Positions 1-11,930 of a stretch of DNA of 64,000 nucleotides are shown here, piece by piece. The DNA is from Octopus sinensis. Its lineage: Eukaryota. Under the pieces are notes generated by a model. It had not been told where the DNA came from. It saw only the letters and a program-made list of their open reading frames with translations, and ran no database searches. The stretch covers positions 56,234,001 through 56,298,000 of the forward strand of contig NC_042998.1 of assembly GCF_006345805.1 (NCBI RefSeq), given 5' to 3'. The position numbers and the translations under genes are program-made. Position 1 is the first letter of the stretch. Every line of letters begins with the position of its first letter.

Positions 1-389
1 TACACATATATACATCTATACATACATATATACACGCATGCATATACTCGGCTCCGAGGAATCCCTGCCTACTTTGTGAACCAGTGAGAAGATTATTAAT
101 AGAATTTCTGAAAGACTCTCAAGATGCTTACATGCTTACAAATGCACTTTCGCACAATGCAGTGGGAATGAATTTGAGTAAGCGTTAACCAAATTAATAA
201 TCATACTTTACTTTAAGGTATGGACGAATTAGATTTAACTCCAGCCTCACCATTCTTATAAACACTAAGTAGCTATTTAATTCGCTGCGTGAGCGTGTGT
301 ACGCCAAACCACGCGTGTGCGCATGCTTATACTTTCGACGATGTTTGTACGAGCGAGTGTACGTGCGCTATACAACTTAAGCGAGAGCG

Positions 390-476
<87 letters not shown>

Positions 477-572
477 TTAATCCAAACAAGAAAGCACAGA
501 AAAACACAACAACGCGAGGACGTGGACAAATATAGTATTATTGGACGCTCAGGAAAGAAGGAAAGAAGGAGG

Positions 573-607
573 GCTTAACGTTTCGAGCGGAGCTCTTCGT
601 CGGAAAC
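573..607 (-). ncRNA. Minimal type-I hammerhead-like motif, variant core CCGACGA(+A)
   Basis: Minus strand GTTT-CCGACGA-A-GAGC-TCC-GCTC-GAAA-CG-TT-AAGC: stem I 4 bp (one G.U), stem II 4 bp, palindromic ACGU stem III. Confidence 0.6.
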
Positions 608-710
608 ATAGAAGGAAAGATCCAGAGAAGGGAAGACAGAGGAAAAAAAAATCGTCAACGGTACACACGCGGTCACATTTTGAATATATACTTACACACA
701 CACACACACA

Positions 711-772
<62 letters not shown>

Positions 773-871
773 AGTTAATCCAAACAAGAAAGCACAGAAA
801 AACACAACAACGCGAGGACGTGGAACAAATATAGTATTATTGGACGCTCAGGAAAGAAGGAAAGAAGGAGG

Positions 872-906
872 GCTTAACGTTTCGAGCGGAGCTCTTCGTC
901 GGAAAC
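872..906 (-). ncRNA. Second identical hammerhead-like motif of the tandem dimer
   Basis: Same 35-nt sequence as 573-607. Confidence 0.6.
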
Positions 907-1016
907 ATAGAAGGAAAGATCCAGAGAAGGGAAGACAGAGGAAAAAAAAATCGTCAACGGTACACACGCGGTCACATTTTGAATATATACTTATACACAC
1001 ACACACACACAACACA

Positions 1017-1063
<47 letters not shown>

Positions 1064-1111
1064 AACAAGTCAAAAATAGAAAATGCTAAGATGATTTTAT
1101 AGTGAATCTTT

Positions 1112-1149
1112 CAGTACTGGTTTCGGTCATTTTGAGACCTTTTCAACTG
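1112..1149 (-). ncRNA. Minimal type-I hammerhead with U3-A8 core (UUGAAAA)
   Basis: Minus strand CAG-TTGAAAA-GGTC-TCAAAAT-GACC-GAAA-CCAG-TA-CTG: stems I and II pair, GUA triplet. Confidence 0.6.
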
Positions 1150-1998
1150 TAACGATTAAATAATTAAATTTTGAAAAATTTAGAAAAATTAGAAGAAAGG
1201 TTTTTTTAAAGGAATACTTCCATAGTAGTGTTCAGATATATGTGGCATTCTGCCTTTCTCTGACTCCCTTGTTTGCACTTGTGTATTCGAGGTCGTATAT
1301 ATATTATTGTCATGCTAGGGTTCCTAACAAAAATATTGAAATCAGTGCAACCAAAAAAAAAAAAAAAAAATTTCTGTTGAAGAACTATATTAAAATTATG
1401 AAAATCATAAGACAAAGACGTACTTTGAGGCTTTTACCCTCTGTCTTTATTGTTGATATTCGATAACGAATATTTCAGTTGGTAATAAGGGAAGCTTCAA
1501 GAAAGAATATTAGTACAATTCCAAAGAAGAGCATACTATTTGAAGACGATGTGTTAATTGCTAAGTAGCATAAACATTTGAATATTTTTCTCAGGGGTAT
1601 CACGTTTGTAAGCTTGCTACCACGTATTTAATCTCAAATATCTGGAGAAAATCGATTGTTTCAGCGTTTAGATAATAGAGAAGTTGATGTGTGTCGTGAT
1701 CTCCTAATGTGTTTTAATCTCTCCTAATCCATCTTTTCACCCGTATTATACACTTTTAAAGCAAATGGATTGTTTTATGTACATTAAATTATACGTGATG
1801 GTTAATTGAAGATGGTAACCGTCTCTCTCTCTCTCTACACACACACATATGCGCGCACGCACACACACGCATACATACATGTGTATATATATATATATGT
1901 ATATATATATATGTATACATGTGTATACATACATAAATATATGTGTGTATATTTGTATATCTGTCTGTTAGTCTGTCTCTGTCTTTCTGTCTTTCTGA

Positions 1999-2043
<45 letters not shown>

Positions 2044-2193
2044 CATACACAAACACATATATACATTAATATACATACATATATATAAACCCACACACAC
2101 ACAGATATGTATGTATATATGTGTGTGTGTATGCTTGTGTATTCGTGTGCGCGTGCATATGTGTGTATCTATGTGTGTGTGTGTTGTAGACAG

Positions 2194-2253
2194 ATTTTAC
2201 GAAAGTTCAATGAATCTCTCTGCTCCGTTACCGGTGACACGAACTACATTTTC
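2194..2253 (+). CDS. Candidate 60-nt exon of an unidentified gene (ILRKFNESLCSVTGDTNYIF in frame 0)
   Basis: ttgtagacag| acceptor, TTC|gtaagt donor, length divisible by 3, two open frames; no homology recognised. Confidence 0.3.
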
Positions 2254-3956
2254 GTAAGTGCTTCTCTTGACCTTTAGAAATAATATTTCCATGCATTTTA
2301 ATATCAGAATGAATAGAGCATTATTCGCTTAGCTTAGATTTTTTTCTTTAAAACTTAAAAATTATTTAAAATTCTAAAAAGTACAAACCTTCTGTCTCTT
2401 AATTCACCAGAATCTATAAACAGACGCTATACGTATTTTCTAGAAGTTTTAGTTTTGCTGTCACTGTTTAACTCCAGGTGAGTCCTGATTGAAGAGGCCT
2501 ATGATTGAAGGTAGTCCAGTCTTGATCATATCGTCTTTTCTCAGACATAACGCATTTTCCAGTGTCTGTATTCGTTGCCTTAGTCCAATGTCAACAGTCA
2601 CTGAAAATACACTGGATTGAGTGTATTCTAGCTAGATCCTCCATAATCTCGCGTTGCAACATCAAACAATGGTAAGTATTCGTAGATAATGTAATAATTG
2701 CGCTCTGTGTTACATTTGCATTCCGTTATCATTCGTTTTCTGTAAGGTTACAACAATTTCCAATATGTTTTGCCTTTTGTATGACAGTAGAATATAATTT
2801 CAACAAGAATTGATAGCAAGCTATACCAGGTCAAACGACTAGGTAGAGGCGCCTTCGTTGAGATTTGTTTTCAGTTTGTGTCTGTTCTAGTGACTTTTAC
2901 ATGTTTTGTGTGTGCTTACAAGATATTCTTAGTTTCAACCGAAACCTTAAAGTCTTTGCTAGAAGAGTGTGCCTTATTTTTCTCGTACCGAAATCTTTAC
3001 CTTTTCATCCCTTTAAGCCTTCATTTTGACAATAATTTGAGTCAACAAATCTTAAAATATATTTCTCTGTGTGTATAAACATTTGAGTGTGTAGTGTAAT
3101 GTTTATTTGTATGGATATGTCATTAGGAGATTATATATCAACACACACACACACAAGTATTTGGGTAATTATATCTAAGGTATTATGTGTGTGTTAATCT
3201 GTTAATATGTTTGTAATGCATAGGTATATGAATGTATAGAAATTCATATGTGTTTATAGTAATGTTTTTGTTGTTGTTGTGTGCGTGTGACAGAGACGAA
3301 GAGAAAGAGAAAGAGGGAGAATGTATTTAATAACTACATGTAAGACTTAATATAGATTAAGAGAATTGAATTTAAGGAGAAATCTGAAAATCTAAATCCA
3401 TAATTGAAAGTGTAGATGACAATGTTGATATCTTGGTACAAATAGGATAAGGCTATATATATATATATATAGTTTAATGTAAAGAGGCGTAGGGGTATTA
3501 ATGATGGTGCTATGGGGTAGATTTGTTAATGTTCGTAGGGGATGATGTTGGTGTGTGTGGAGATGGTGGTGGTGGTGGTGGATATCATTATAGTGTTGTA
3601 TGTATATTGTGAGATAGGTGTAGTGGTGTTGCGTGTTTAATGCTGTGGAGTTGCGTGTTTAATGCTGTGGAGTTGTGGGAGAAGTTTTTGTTATTGTTAT
3701 TGTTGTTGTAGTGGTGGTGGTGGTGGTGGTGGTGGTGGTGGTGGTGGTGGTCATTGTTATTGTTAATATTTAATCCCTTGGTCAACTCTGATGGCGTTCC
3801 ATTTATAATCGATCGGTGTTGTTTTCTCTCATAGACATAATGTACCCTGGAATACAATATCCAACGTGTTACTGCTTTTCTTTAGAATGGAGCAGTAAGA
3901 CGATGTGAATTAGCTAGATTTATTGGTGTAGTAAGATTGATACAGTACTGTTGGTA

Positions 3957-5470
3957 AAGGCGGCGAGCTGGTAGAATCTTTAGCACGCCGGGCAAAATGC
4001 TTAGCGGCATTTCTTCTGGCTTTAGGTTCTGAGTTCAAATTATGCCGATCCTCTCGGGATCAATGAAATACAGGTGGGGCAGAGAGGTGGGACGTTCTTG
4101 AAAGATTCGCAAAATCATTAATTTTAGCTGCAAACAAATTTTATTGACATCAATGTGTTTGTATTGAATTAGCATTTGTCAAAATCAAGTGTGGGAAGCA
4201 ACATCCATCATGTGGTGTCCGGTTTCATCAATGGATTTCTGAAGACATTCTTGGAAGTTGGCCTCCACTCTCTCCAGCATTGCTCTGTCGATTTGGGTGA
4301 CTTCCACGCGAATAGCTTCCTTCAAACCGTCCAATGTACGAGGATTAAACGCATACACACATGCCTTGAGGTTTCCCCACAAGAAATAATCACACATGGA
4401 CAAATCAGGGGACCGAGAGGGCCAAAGAATGTCAGCAAACCTGGAAATAAGGCGTTCACCGAAGAGAGGGCGAAAAACGTCCATTGATACTCTGGCTGTG
4501 TGGGCCGTCGCCCCATCCTACTGAAAAAACAAACGTCGAATAGGCATACGTTTTCGTCGTAATTCAGGTACAAAGAAAGTTGTTACATCTCGATGTAACG
4601 CATGGAGTTCACAGTAACATCATTTCCATTATTGTCTTTAAAAAAGCAAGGACCAATGACGGTAACTTTTCCAACAGCACACCAGACAGTCACTTTTGGG
4701 CTGTGCAGTAGTCTTTCGTGCAGTTCTCTCGGATTTTGCAAGAGCCCAATAACGGCAGTTCTGTTGATTAACCATGCCATTGAGATGAAAATGAGCTCCA
4801 TCTCTCATTAACAAAATGGAGTTGTCATTTGCCTAAAAAATTGCTTCCATCTGACGTGCAAAGTTAAGCCGCAGTGCATAGTCGTATGGTTTCAACTGTT
4901 GCCCAATGACCAATTTGTACGGGTGGAAATGCAGCTCTTCATGCAAAATATGCCTTACCGATCGATTACCGATGCCAAGTTCAGTGGAATGCCTTCAAAC
5001 AGAGCAATTCGGACTCCGTAATCAAAGCTTGTCTGGCGCGTTCCACATTTTCCGGGGTCTGTACTGTTCATGGCACTCCACCGGTCTCCTATTCATTAGT
5101 TTACCTCGTGTACGAAGTACATTGACCCAAGTAAGATTGTGTTACGAGTGGGAACAGGCTAATTTCGGTGAATGTTGAAGTGGCGCCGAAACTCACGCTG
5201 AACTGCTATAACAGACTTGTTATTCTTCACGTAACTTTCGAAGAAAACACGTGATGCTCTATCGTCCACAGTACCATGGCTTCGCCTGAAAACAAGAAAA
5301 AGTGCTAAGACATCATAAACCGAATGGTACCTGTCGGACATATGTCTTTCCTTCTGGGGCTGAGTAAAAGTCATTTCAAAAACGTCCGTCCTCTCTGCTT
5401 CACCTTGTAATTACTAGTTGAGCACTGGGGTCGATGTAACCAATTAACCTTATGCCTAAAATAGAAAGGA
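3957..5470 (+). mobile_element. SINE family A copy split by a DD41D transposon (SINE pieces 3957-4070 and 5408-5470)
   Basis: Head ggcggcgagctgg...gagttcaaatt ends at TA 4069-4070; SINE resumes after TA 5408-5409 with ...ttgagcactggggtcgatgtaac. Confidence 0.8.
4071..5407 (-). mobile_element. Full-length but inactivated Tc1/mariner DD41D (rosa-type) transposon
   Basis: ~27-bp imperfect TIRs, TA TSD; motifs VQREFRRHFNIHRN, LHSPKVTVWCA, FQ*DGATAH and WPSRSPDLSMCDYFLWG; 41 residues counted between the 2nd and 3rd catalytic D; stops and frameshifts present. Confidence 0.92.
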
Positions 5471-6779
5471 TACAGCGCTGTTGGTTGTGGTTTTAGGAGA
5501 TACTGGCGGCATCTGTGATACTAATGTGGTGTTTTGTAGTTGACAGATTCTTGTTGTGAGGATGATATGTTAATTTAGAAAGATATGGTATTGATGGACA
5601 TATGTAGTGGGTCAAGGCTGGGGGGAAATGTGTAGGTACAAATATTGTTGCGTTGCGGGATAGATGTTGTTGTGAGTCAGTAGTGGTATTAGTCACATAT
5701 GATGATATTGTGGGGTAAATATAACCTTTCTCAAAGACTCGGGTCCTCCGCTGAGAGCCACGGCAGGCCATCGTTGTAGGAACTAATGTTCTTAACTGTC
5801 TATAACCTATCACTTGTCCTGTCCAGTCGATCAAAAGTGTTGCTGGAGCACCACATACATCTGCTTTGAACCGATTAGCACACACCCGTCTTAGTCTATC
5901 AAAATCCAAACTGTAACATTATTGCCACGTTGCGCCTTCATCACCCTTTTCTTCCCTCTTGCTTTAGTGCACGAGTTTTAGTTTCGATAAAGCAAGCTTT
6001 GTGTTCTGCTACGAAGAAAAATCCGATGGCCATTTTTGCCACTCGCACGTTGGTTGCAATACCTTTGATCATCGTCTCTAGTAGTTCGCTAACACTTTTA
6101 ACCCATTTCTCTTTATCACTACCTCTTTACTAAACGTTATCGAATCATATTTTAAGGAACCTCACCATTTGTTGATGCTTGTCTTCGATATGTCACTGAT
6201 ATTGTTCAAGAGAAGGACAAGGGCCAAGACAGCATGGCATCAGTGTTGCCGTAATTGTCAGAACATAGAACCTCGCCGGACTGCTTTAGAGACACCAATT
6301 TCAGATTAGATCCCGGATTTATTCCCGAACCTTTTCCCATGAGCGGTAAGAGCTATAAGGCAGTGGTGGCATGAAACATTCTTTTAGATGAACTGATGAG
6401 TTCATTCGTCCTGAAACATTGACTTTTCAGCTTCAAAATTCACATTCTCTTTCTCTCTCCTCCCTCACTCTTTTCTCCCCCCTCTCTCTCTCTCTCCTGT
6501 CAACAGAAACAGCACATCCGGTTTATAGACTAAGTTGCACGAAAAGGTCGGGTGTTGATTGTCAGAGGTCCTAGTGGAAGATTATCCCTTACCATCTCTT
6601 CTCGTCTTGATGAAATTGGAACCATGTTGTATGTATACATATATATGTATGCATTTATGTATGAATGTATAAACACATACATGGACCACATACACAGGTG
6701 CATATGGCAAAAATACTTATATATGCACATATATTTACGTACATATTCATACATACATATCCGTATCCTTATATATATA

Positions 6780-7472
6780 TAGGCAAATTTGTTATTGAAA
6801 ATGCACCTCAGTTTGAAAATCTTGTAATTGTTTAAAATAAATTTATTTACGTATATACCAAACTAGCTTCAATAATATTTTTTGTTTATCGATGGTAAAA
6901 ATTTAGAATTATGAATTAGGAAAAAACATCTTTAAAAGTTTCAACGTTGACAAGTTTAAATGTTCATAACAGACAGATTTTTGATGTCACCAGTGCTTTA
7001 ACGAATCAAATATCAGATCCGCTTGCGGAAAAAAATTACAAATACACCCGACTCCAAAACACACCGTTACAAGCGAAAGTTCCTACACACGACGGAAAGA
7101 GGATCAGAGAAACTGTAAATCAAAACCCTTTTTTCACTATCTTCATTTCTCCCTTGTTTCTTTCCCCCTCTTAACTCAGTATATCAGAAACTTTGTTGAT
7201 ATTAATTTCTTGTCGATTACTACTAACATTAATGAGATTTGAACATACAAACAAATTGATGCACAGTTTTAATATTATTGACTGTTATAAACATTTAAAC
7301 ATGTCAACGTCGAAATTTTAAAACATGTTTTTCTAATTCATAATTCTAAATCTTTATCATTGATAAACAAAAAATATTGTTGAAACTAGTTTGGCATATA
7401 TGAAAATCAATTTATTTTAAACAATTACAAGTTTTTCAAATTTAGATGCATTTTCAACAACAAATTTGCCTA
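6780..7472. mobile_element. Non-autonomous fold-back/MITE with ~200-bp TIRs
   Basis: 6780-~6975 is an imperfect reverse complement of ~7275-7472 (TAGGCAAATTTG...CAAATTTGCCTA); TA-flanked; no ORF. Confidence 0.8.
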
Positions 7473-7511
7473 TAATTTTTCCTGCATGGAAATACACCCG
7501 CCACTTTTGTT

Positions 7512-7552
<41 letters not shown>

Positions 7553-7705
7553 AATGTGACAATGTCAATGACTAGAAAAACTTCGAAGTCATTGTAAACA
7601 TTTTCACTGTAAAAATAATGTGATACTTCAATATACTTAATAATCCTTCAATTATTGTTTGACAGATTTTATATATAAAACTGTCAACTGTACAGCAAAA
7701 TAAGT

Positions 7706-7774
<69 letters not shown>

Positions 7775-8139
7775 GTATGTATGTATGTATGTAAGTGTGT
7801 ATGAATGTATGTATGTATATATGTATAAGCACGTATGTTGCTTTTAGATTTTTTCCTGTTGCGTTCAAATGTAACGAGGTTGTTAAGAGATGTTTTAGAT
7901 GATTCTTAATTTGTGATATGTTGCATTTAATCTGTTTATAAAGATATTTCTGACAATGAAAGATTAACTTAAGGGAATGAGCTTTGCTGAAAATGATACA
8001 CTTGATAACCGGTCTCTATATATTCAAATATTTAGACTGGGTATAAGCCACATTAATCTCACTTGTCTGAGAGGGAATATAAAGATCACAGAAAATGCCT
8101 CTAATGACCTTACTATATGTATATATATATATATATATA

Positions 8140-8180
<41 letters not shown>

Positions 8181-8183
<3 letters not shown>

Positions 8184-8840
8184 ACTTATAAATAAGGGCA
8201 AACGAAAGAAATTTCTAATGCCAAATATGCCGAAAAGTTGGACATATTGTCCATTACCATATAATTTTTCACAATATAATTTTAACCGTTAAAGTATTTT
8301 TTAATATGCTGGCCATTGATAAAAAAATTTTTCTTTCGAAAAAATTTATCCTACATTAAATATAAATTTAAGTGTTCACATCCGGACTCTCTCACTCAGT
8401 GAGAACCTCAGTTCAAATCGCACGTGTCTTGAATGGGCTGGAGTATTTCTATTTTGAATGTATTTGGGGTACTTAGTTGTACTCATGACTTAGTATTTTG
8501 CTTCTTCCATGGGTATGAGTAAGTATTTCATTTATTTCTTTGCCACATGTATCACTGACGAAGGGAGGGTTCTTACGAACTAACCCTGAAATCGGTCCGA
8601 TATGGTAATAATGGAATTTTTTTAGAAATTTCTGTCGGCTTTTTTTTTCGAGTAGCGTGCGTAATGTGAAAAATTATATGGTAATGGACAATATGTCCAA
8701 TTTTTCGGCATATTTGGCATTAGAAATCTTTTTCGTTTGCCCTTATTTATAAGTTGTTTATAATTTTAACCGTTAAAGCTATTTTTTAATATGCTGGCCA
8801 TTGATAAAATTTTTCTTTCGAAAAAAAATTCTATCCTACA

Positions 8841-8844
<4 letters not shown>
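8181..8844 (+). mobile_element. Non-coding hammerhead cassette with PLE pLTR-like architecture A-B-unique-HHR-A'(inverted)-B
   Basis: 8181-8273 inverted at 8665-8757; 8274-8359 directly repeated at 8759-8844; HHR at 8549-8603. Confidence 0.75.
8549..8603 (+). ncRNA. Type-I hammerhead ribozyme, canonical core CUGACGA/GAAA/GUC
   Basis: GTATCA-CTGACGA-AGGG(AG)GGTTC-TTAC-GAACT(AA)CCCT-GAAA-TCGG-TC-CGATAT; first stem-I pair is an A.C mismatch. Confidence 0.7.
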
Positions 8845-8894
<50 letters not shown>

Positions 8895-9070
8895 TGTATG
8901 TATGTATGTATTTATGTATGTATGTATGTATGTATGTATGTATGTATGTATGTATATGTATACTTGTATATATTAATGTTTGTTGTATCGGTATGTCGAG
9001 TTATAATGAAAACAATTTAACATTAAACTGAAAGATTACTAAATACGTTTTACAGAGTACATATTTATTA

Positions 9071-9195
9071 TACTTTTACAAGAAGAGGGATGACAATGAC
9101 TTCGAAGTGTCAGCCTGCTAGCCTTCATCAGTTTGTGTGAAGAAAGCTAGCAGAGGGGAAACTTCGAAGTTACTGTCACACCTCTTGTAAAAGTA
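9071..9195. repeat. 125-bp hairpin element with degenerate hammerhead-like motif (9093-9136, minus)
   Basis: Arms tacttttacaag...acttcgaagt / acttcgaagt...cttgtaaaagta; minus strand CTGATGA-AGGCTAGCAGGCT-GACA-CTTCGAAG-TC-ATTGT. Confidence 0.55.
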
Positions 9196-10636
9196 GATTA
9201 TATTCATAAAACAATACTAAAAAAACCCATGTCTGTTCAGTATTTTGTCACCGCATTCGTACACGCACACACACACACACACACATGCACGCACACACAC
9301 ACACACACACAAACTGTCCTTCTGTCTCTATCTGCCTCCCCTGCTCTTCTCTGTTACTCGTTGAGTAGCTTGACAAGAGAAATCAGATGTCTGTTTTGGT
9401 CAGCGATGAAATACGAACTCGTACCTCTTTTGTCGAAAGGCCATCAACTTACCTATTCAGCCATTACAATTGCTACAAAAATCTGGTGATCAGGCATTAG
9501 GTTAACCAATACAAATGACAGCTGTTGGTGGTGACGAGAAAATGGAAGAATGGTTTATAGAAAAAAAAAACAATGAAAGAAACGATAATATAGATATAGA
9601 TCGAAGAATATTGTAAAAGCAACAAGAAAAATATTCCCCAAAAATCGCCACCAAAAAAAAACAAAAACAAAAAAACAAGAAATTAGACGCCCCCAAATGT
9701 AAGCAAATGTAATAAAAACAACAAAGTGAAGTTATCATCGACTTTATGCAAGTTACGACATGTACTTAAAGAACGACAGAAATATAAATGGCAGACGATA
9801 AGAGAAGCTGAACATGCATGTCAATATAATTAATCTCACTACATTGTTTCAAGTTGATACCGATTGTATTGCTTTCCACTATTCAGATAACAATCACCTT
9901 TTTTGATTGGTCAACAATTGCTCATTTTATGTTGTCACGTTGGTTGAAGGGAAAAAAAAATAACGTTGGTGGGATACAAGTTTAATATTCGGTTGTCTAA
10001 GTCATAAAGTGTATTCCATCTCCCCCTCTCTCCCTCTCTGTTTCTTTCTCTGTCTGTCTCTCTCTCTCTCTGTTTCCCTGTGTCACTGTCTCTGTCGCTC
10101 TCGTTCTCTCTCTCTCTATCTCTCTAGCTCTTTCGTTCTCTCCATCTCGCCCTGAGTCAATTTTATCTCTGCCTCTTGCCTGTCTGCTCGTCACTATCTG
10201 TCTTTCCCGCTCTGTCTGTCTGTCTATCTGTGTCTACCTCTCTTTATGTATCTGTCTGTATTGTTCCTAACTGTATCACTTCTCACCCATCAACCTATTC
10301 TTTTTATCTATTTCATATCCCATGTTATTCAAATTCTTCATTCTCACTTCTAGATTTATGTTCCGTGAGAAGATTATAGCATTGATGTTGGGTAGGAAGG
10401 TTATCTTAATTTGTATTGGGTAGTTAGGTTATTTCATTTATAGTGAGTGGGAGGGCTGCATAAGTGATCTGAGAGGGATAGGTCACTCCAGTTTTGATGA
10501 GTGAATGGATTTTATCAGTAAAGTATTTTGTATAAGTTGTTATTTAACACCCGGCCATCCTCAGTCGTGCACACCAATGATCAAAAGTGTTTCAGTCATA
10601 ACCTTCCTGTCTGTGATCAGGCATAGGGTATCAAGG

Positions 10637-10866
10637 CGGTGAGCTGGCAGAAACGTTAGCACGCCGGGTGAAATGCTTTAGCTGTATTTCGTCTGCCGCT
10701 ACGTTCTGAGTTCAAATTCCTCCGAGGTCAACTTTGCCTTTCATCCTTTCGGGGTCGATTAAACAAGTACCAGTTACGCACTGGGGTCGATATAATCGAC
10801 TTAATCCGTTTGTCTGTCCTTGTTTGTCCTCTCTGTGTTTAGCCCCTTGTGGGTAGTAAAGAAATA
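10637..10866 (+). mobile_element. tRNA-derived SINE family A, full length
   Basis: A/B-box-like head (tggcagaaacg...gagttcaaattcc); TSD ggtatcaagg at 10627-10636 and 10867-10876. Confidence 0.9.
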
Positions 10867-10929
10867 GGTATCAAGGACTTCATTATCCAATGTGTTTCCT
10901 TTGTAAGACAATAGGATGTATTATTGGGG

Positions 10930-11098
10930 GCTGGAAGCGATGAGCTGGCAGAATCGTTACCTCATCGGACAAAATTCATAGCGGCATTTCTTCCGACTGT
11001 ACGTTCAGAGTTCAAATGTCGTCAGGGTCGACAAAAAATTACCAGTCCTCCACGCGACCAAAATTTCAGGTCTTGTGCCTGTATTAGAAAGGATTATT
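10930..11098 (+). mobile_element. Older SINE family A-related copy
   Basis: gcgatgagctggcagaatcg...gagttcaaatg...ggtcgac; diverged. Confidence 0.7.
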
Positions 11099-11429
11099 AG
11101 GGGTTGCAGAGGATATGGGCGCAACATCTTCCTCTAGACCGAACAAACAAAGAAAAGTAAGATCAATAAATTGGAAGCTGTGCAGATTTTGTATTCATCC
11201 TTTGACCACAATTTTCAGTTGCTTCCGTTAATCTTACCGTTACAGCCTGATCTTAGTTGTAGTTAGACACGACGGTCATTTAAAGTACGCTTTATAATAT
11301 GAATAAAATATAACTGTTTCTCTCAAGGGAGTATGACTTGGTAGTATGTACCATGCTTTCACTAATTGTTTTAGGTGATTATGTAGTTGCGAGTAGACAT
11401 AAACACCGCTTTAACTCTTCCACTTTTGA

Positions 11430-11930
11430 TTCATCGGAACATCGCGTGTATAAATCATAAGGTGCAAGATCGGACGAATATGGAGGGTGCGGCAAAGCTT
11501 CCCAGTCAAACCCCAGTAACTTCTGTCGCATCTGCAAAGACGTGTGCGGTCTGTTGTGATTAATGACAACGCCCTTAGCAGGTGCATCAATTCGGATGTT
11601 TATTGTGACAAGCTGGACGAATTAAACTCAGCGATCTATCTGAAGCGTCCTACACCTTCTAATCGTAAGGGCGTTGTCATTTCACCCTGTTCAAAATTCA
11701 TTGAATGGACAGACATTCAACACTAAAGAGGATGAAAAAAATTCACCTGGAAGAGTTTTGCGCCATTAAAGACAGGAAATTCTTTGAGCAGGGAATAATG
11801 GATCTACCTACAAGATGGCAGAAGATACTGGAATGAAACTGTGATTTTATCATTTATTGAATAGATAGCTTTGTGTTTAAATTTTTTATCTTATTTGCTT
11901 AGAAAACAGACTTTTGGTCAAGCAGTAGTA
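11430..11930 (+). mobile_element. Rearranged mariner (DD34D-type) transposase fragment
   Basis: + strand INSDVYC...LKRP..RKGVV then QNSLNGQTF...GIMDLPTRWQKI; the missing RPHTS...WEALPHPPYSSDLAP segment is inverted at ~11430-11574. Confidence 0.8.

Larger units (their letters stand above)
473..1059 (-). repeat. Tandem dimer of a ~299-bp PLE-terminus-like/retrozyme-like repeat unit, each unit carrying a hammerhead motif and (CA)n(TA)n
   Basis: 473-770 and 771-~1059 are near-identical (taagttaatcc...gtcacattttgaatata) with offset 298-299 bp. Confidence 0.85.

Noticed and set aside
2669-3078. ATG|gtaagt exon spliced to 2875, giving a signal-peptide-like MFVSVLVTFTCF...
   Set aside because: No good downstream donor, an adjacent repeat and T-rich composition explain the hydrophobicity; insufficient support.
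3835-3894. 60-nt AG/GT-bounded open exon candidate
   Set aside because: It lies within a family F repeat copy, and the same acceptor-like context recurs at 2545.
6393-6420. CTGATGA...GAAA motif
   Set aside because: Neither stem I nor stem II can form.
9440-9490. Strong minus-strand donor GAATAG|gtaagt
   Set aside because: No open frame between the nearby acceptors and the donor.
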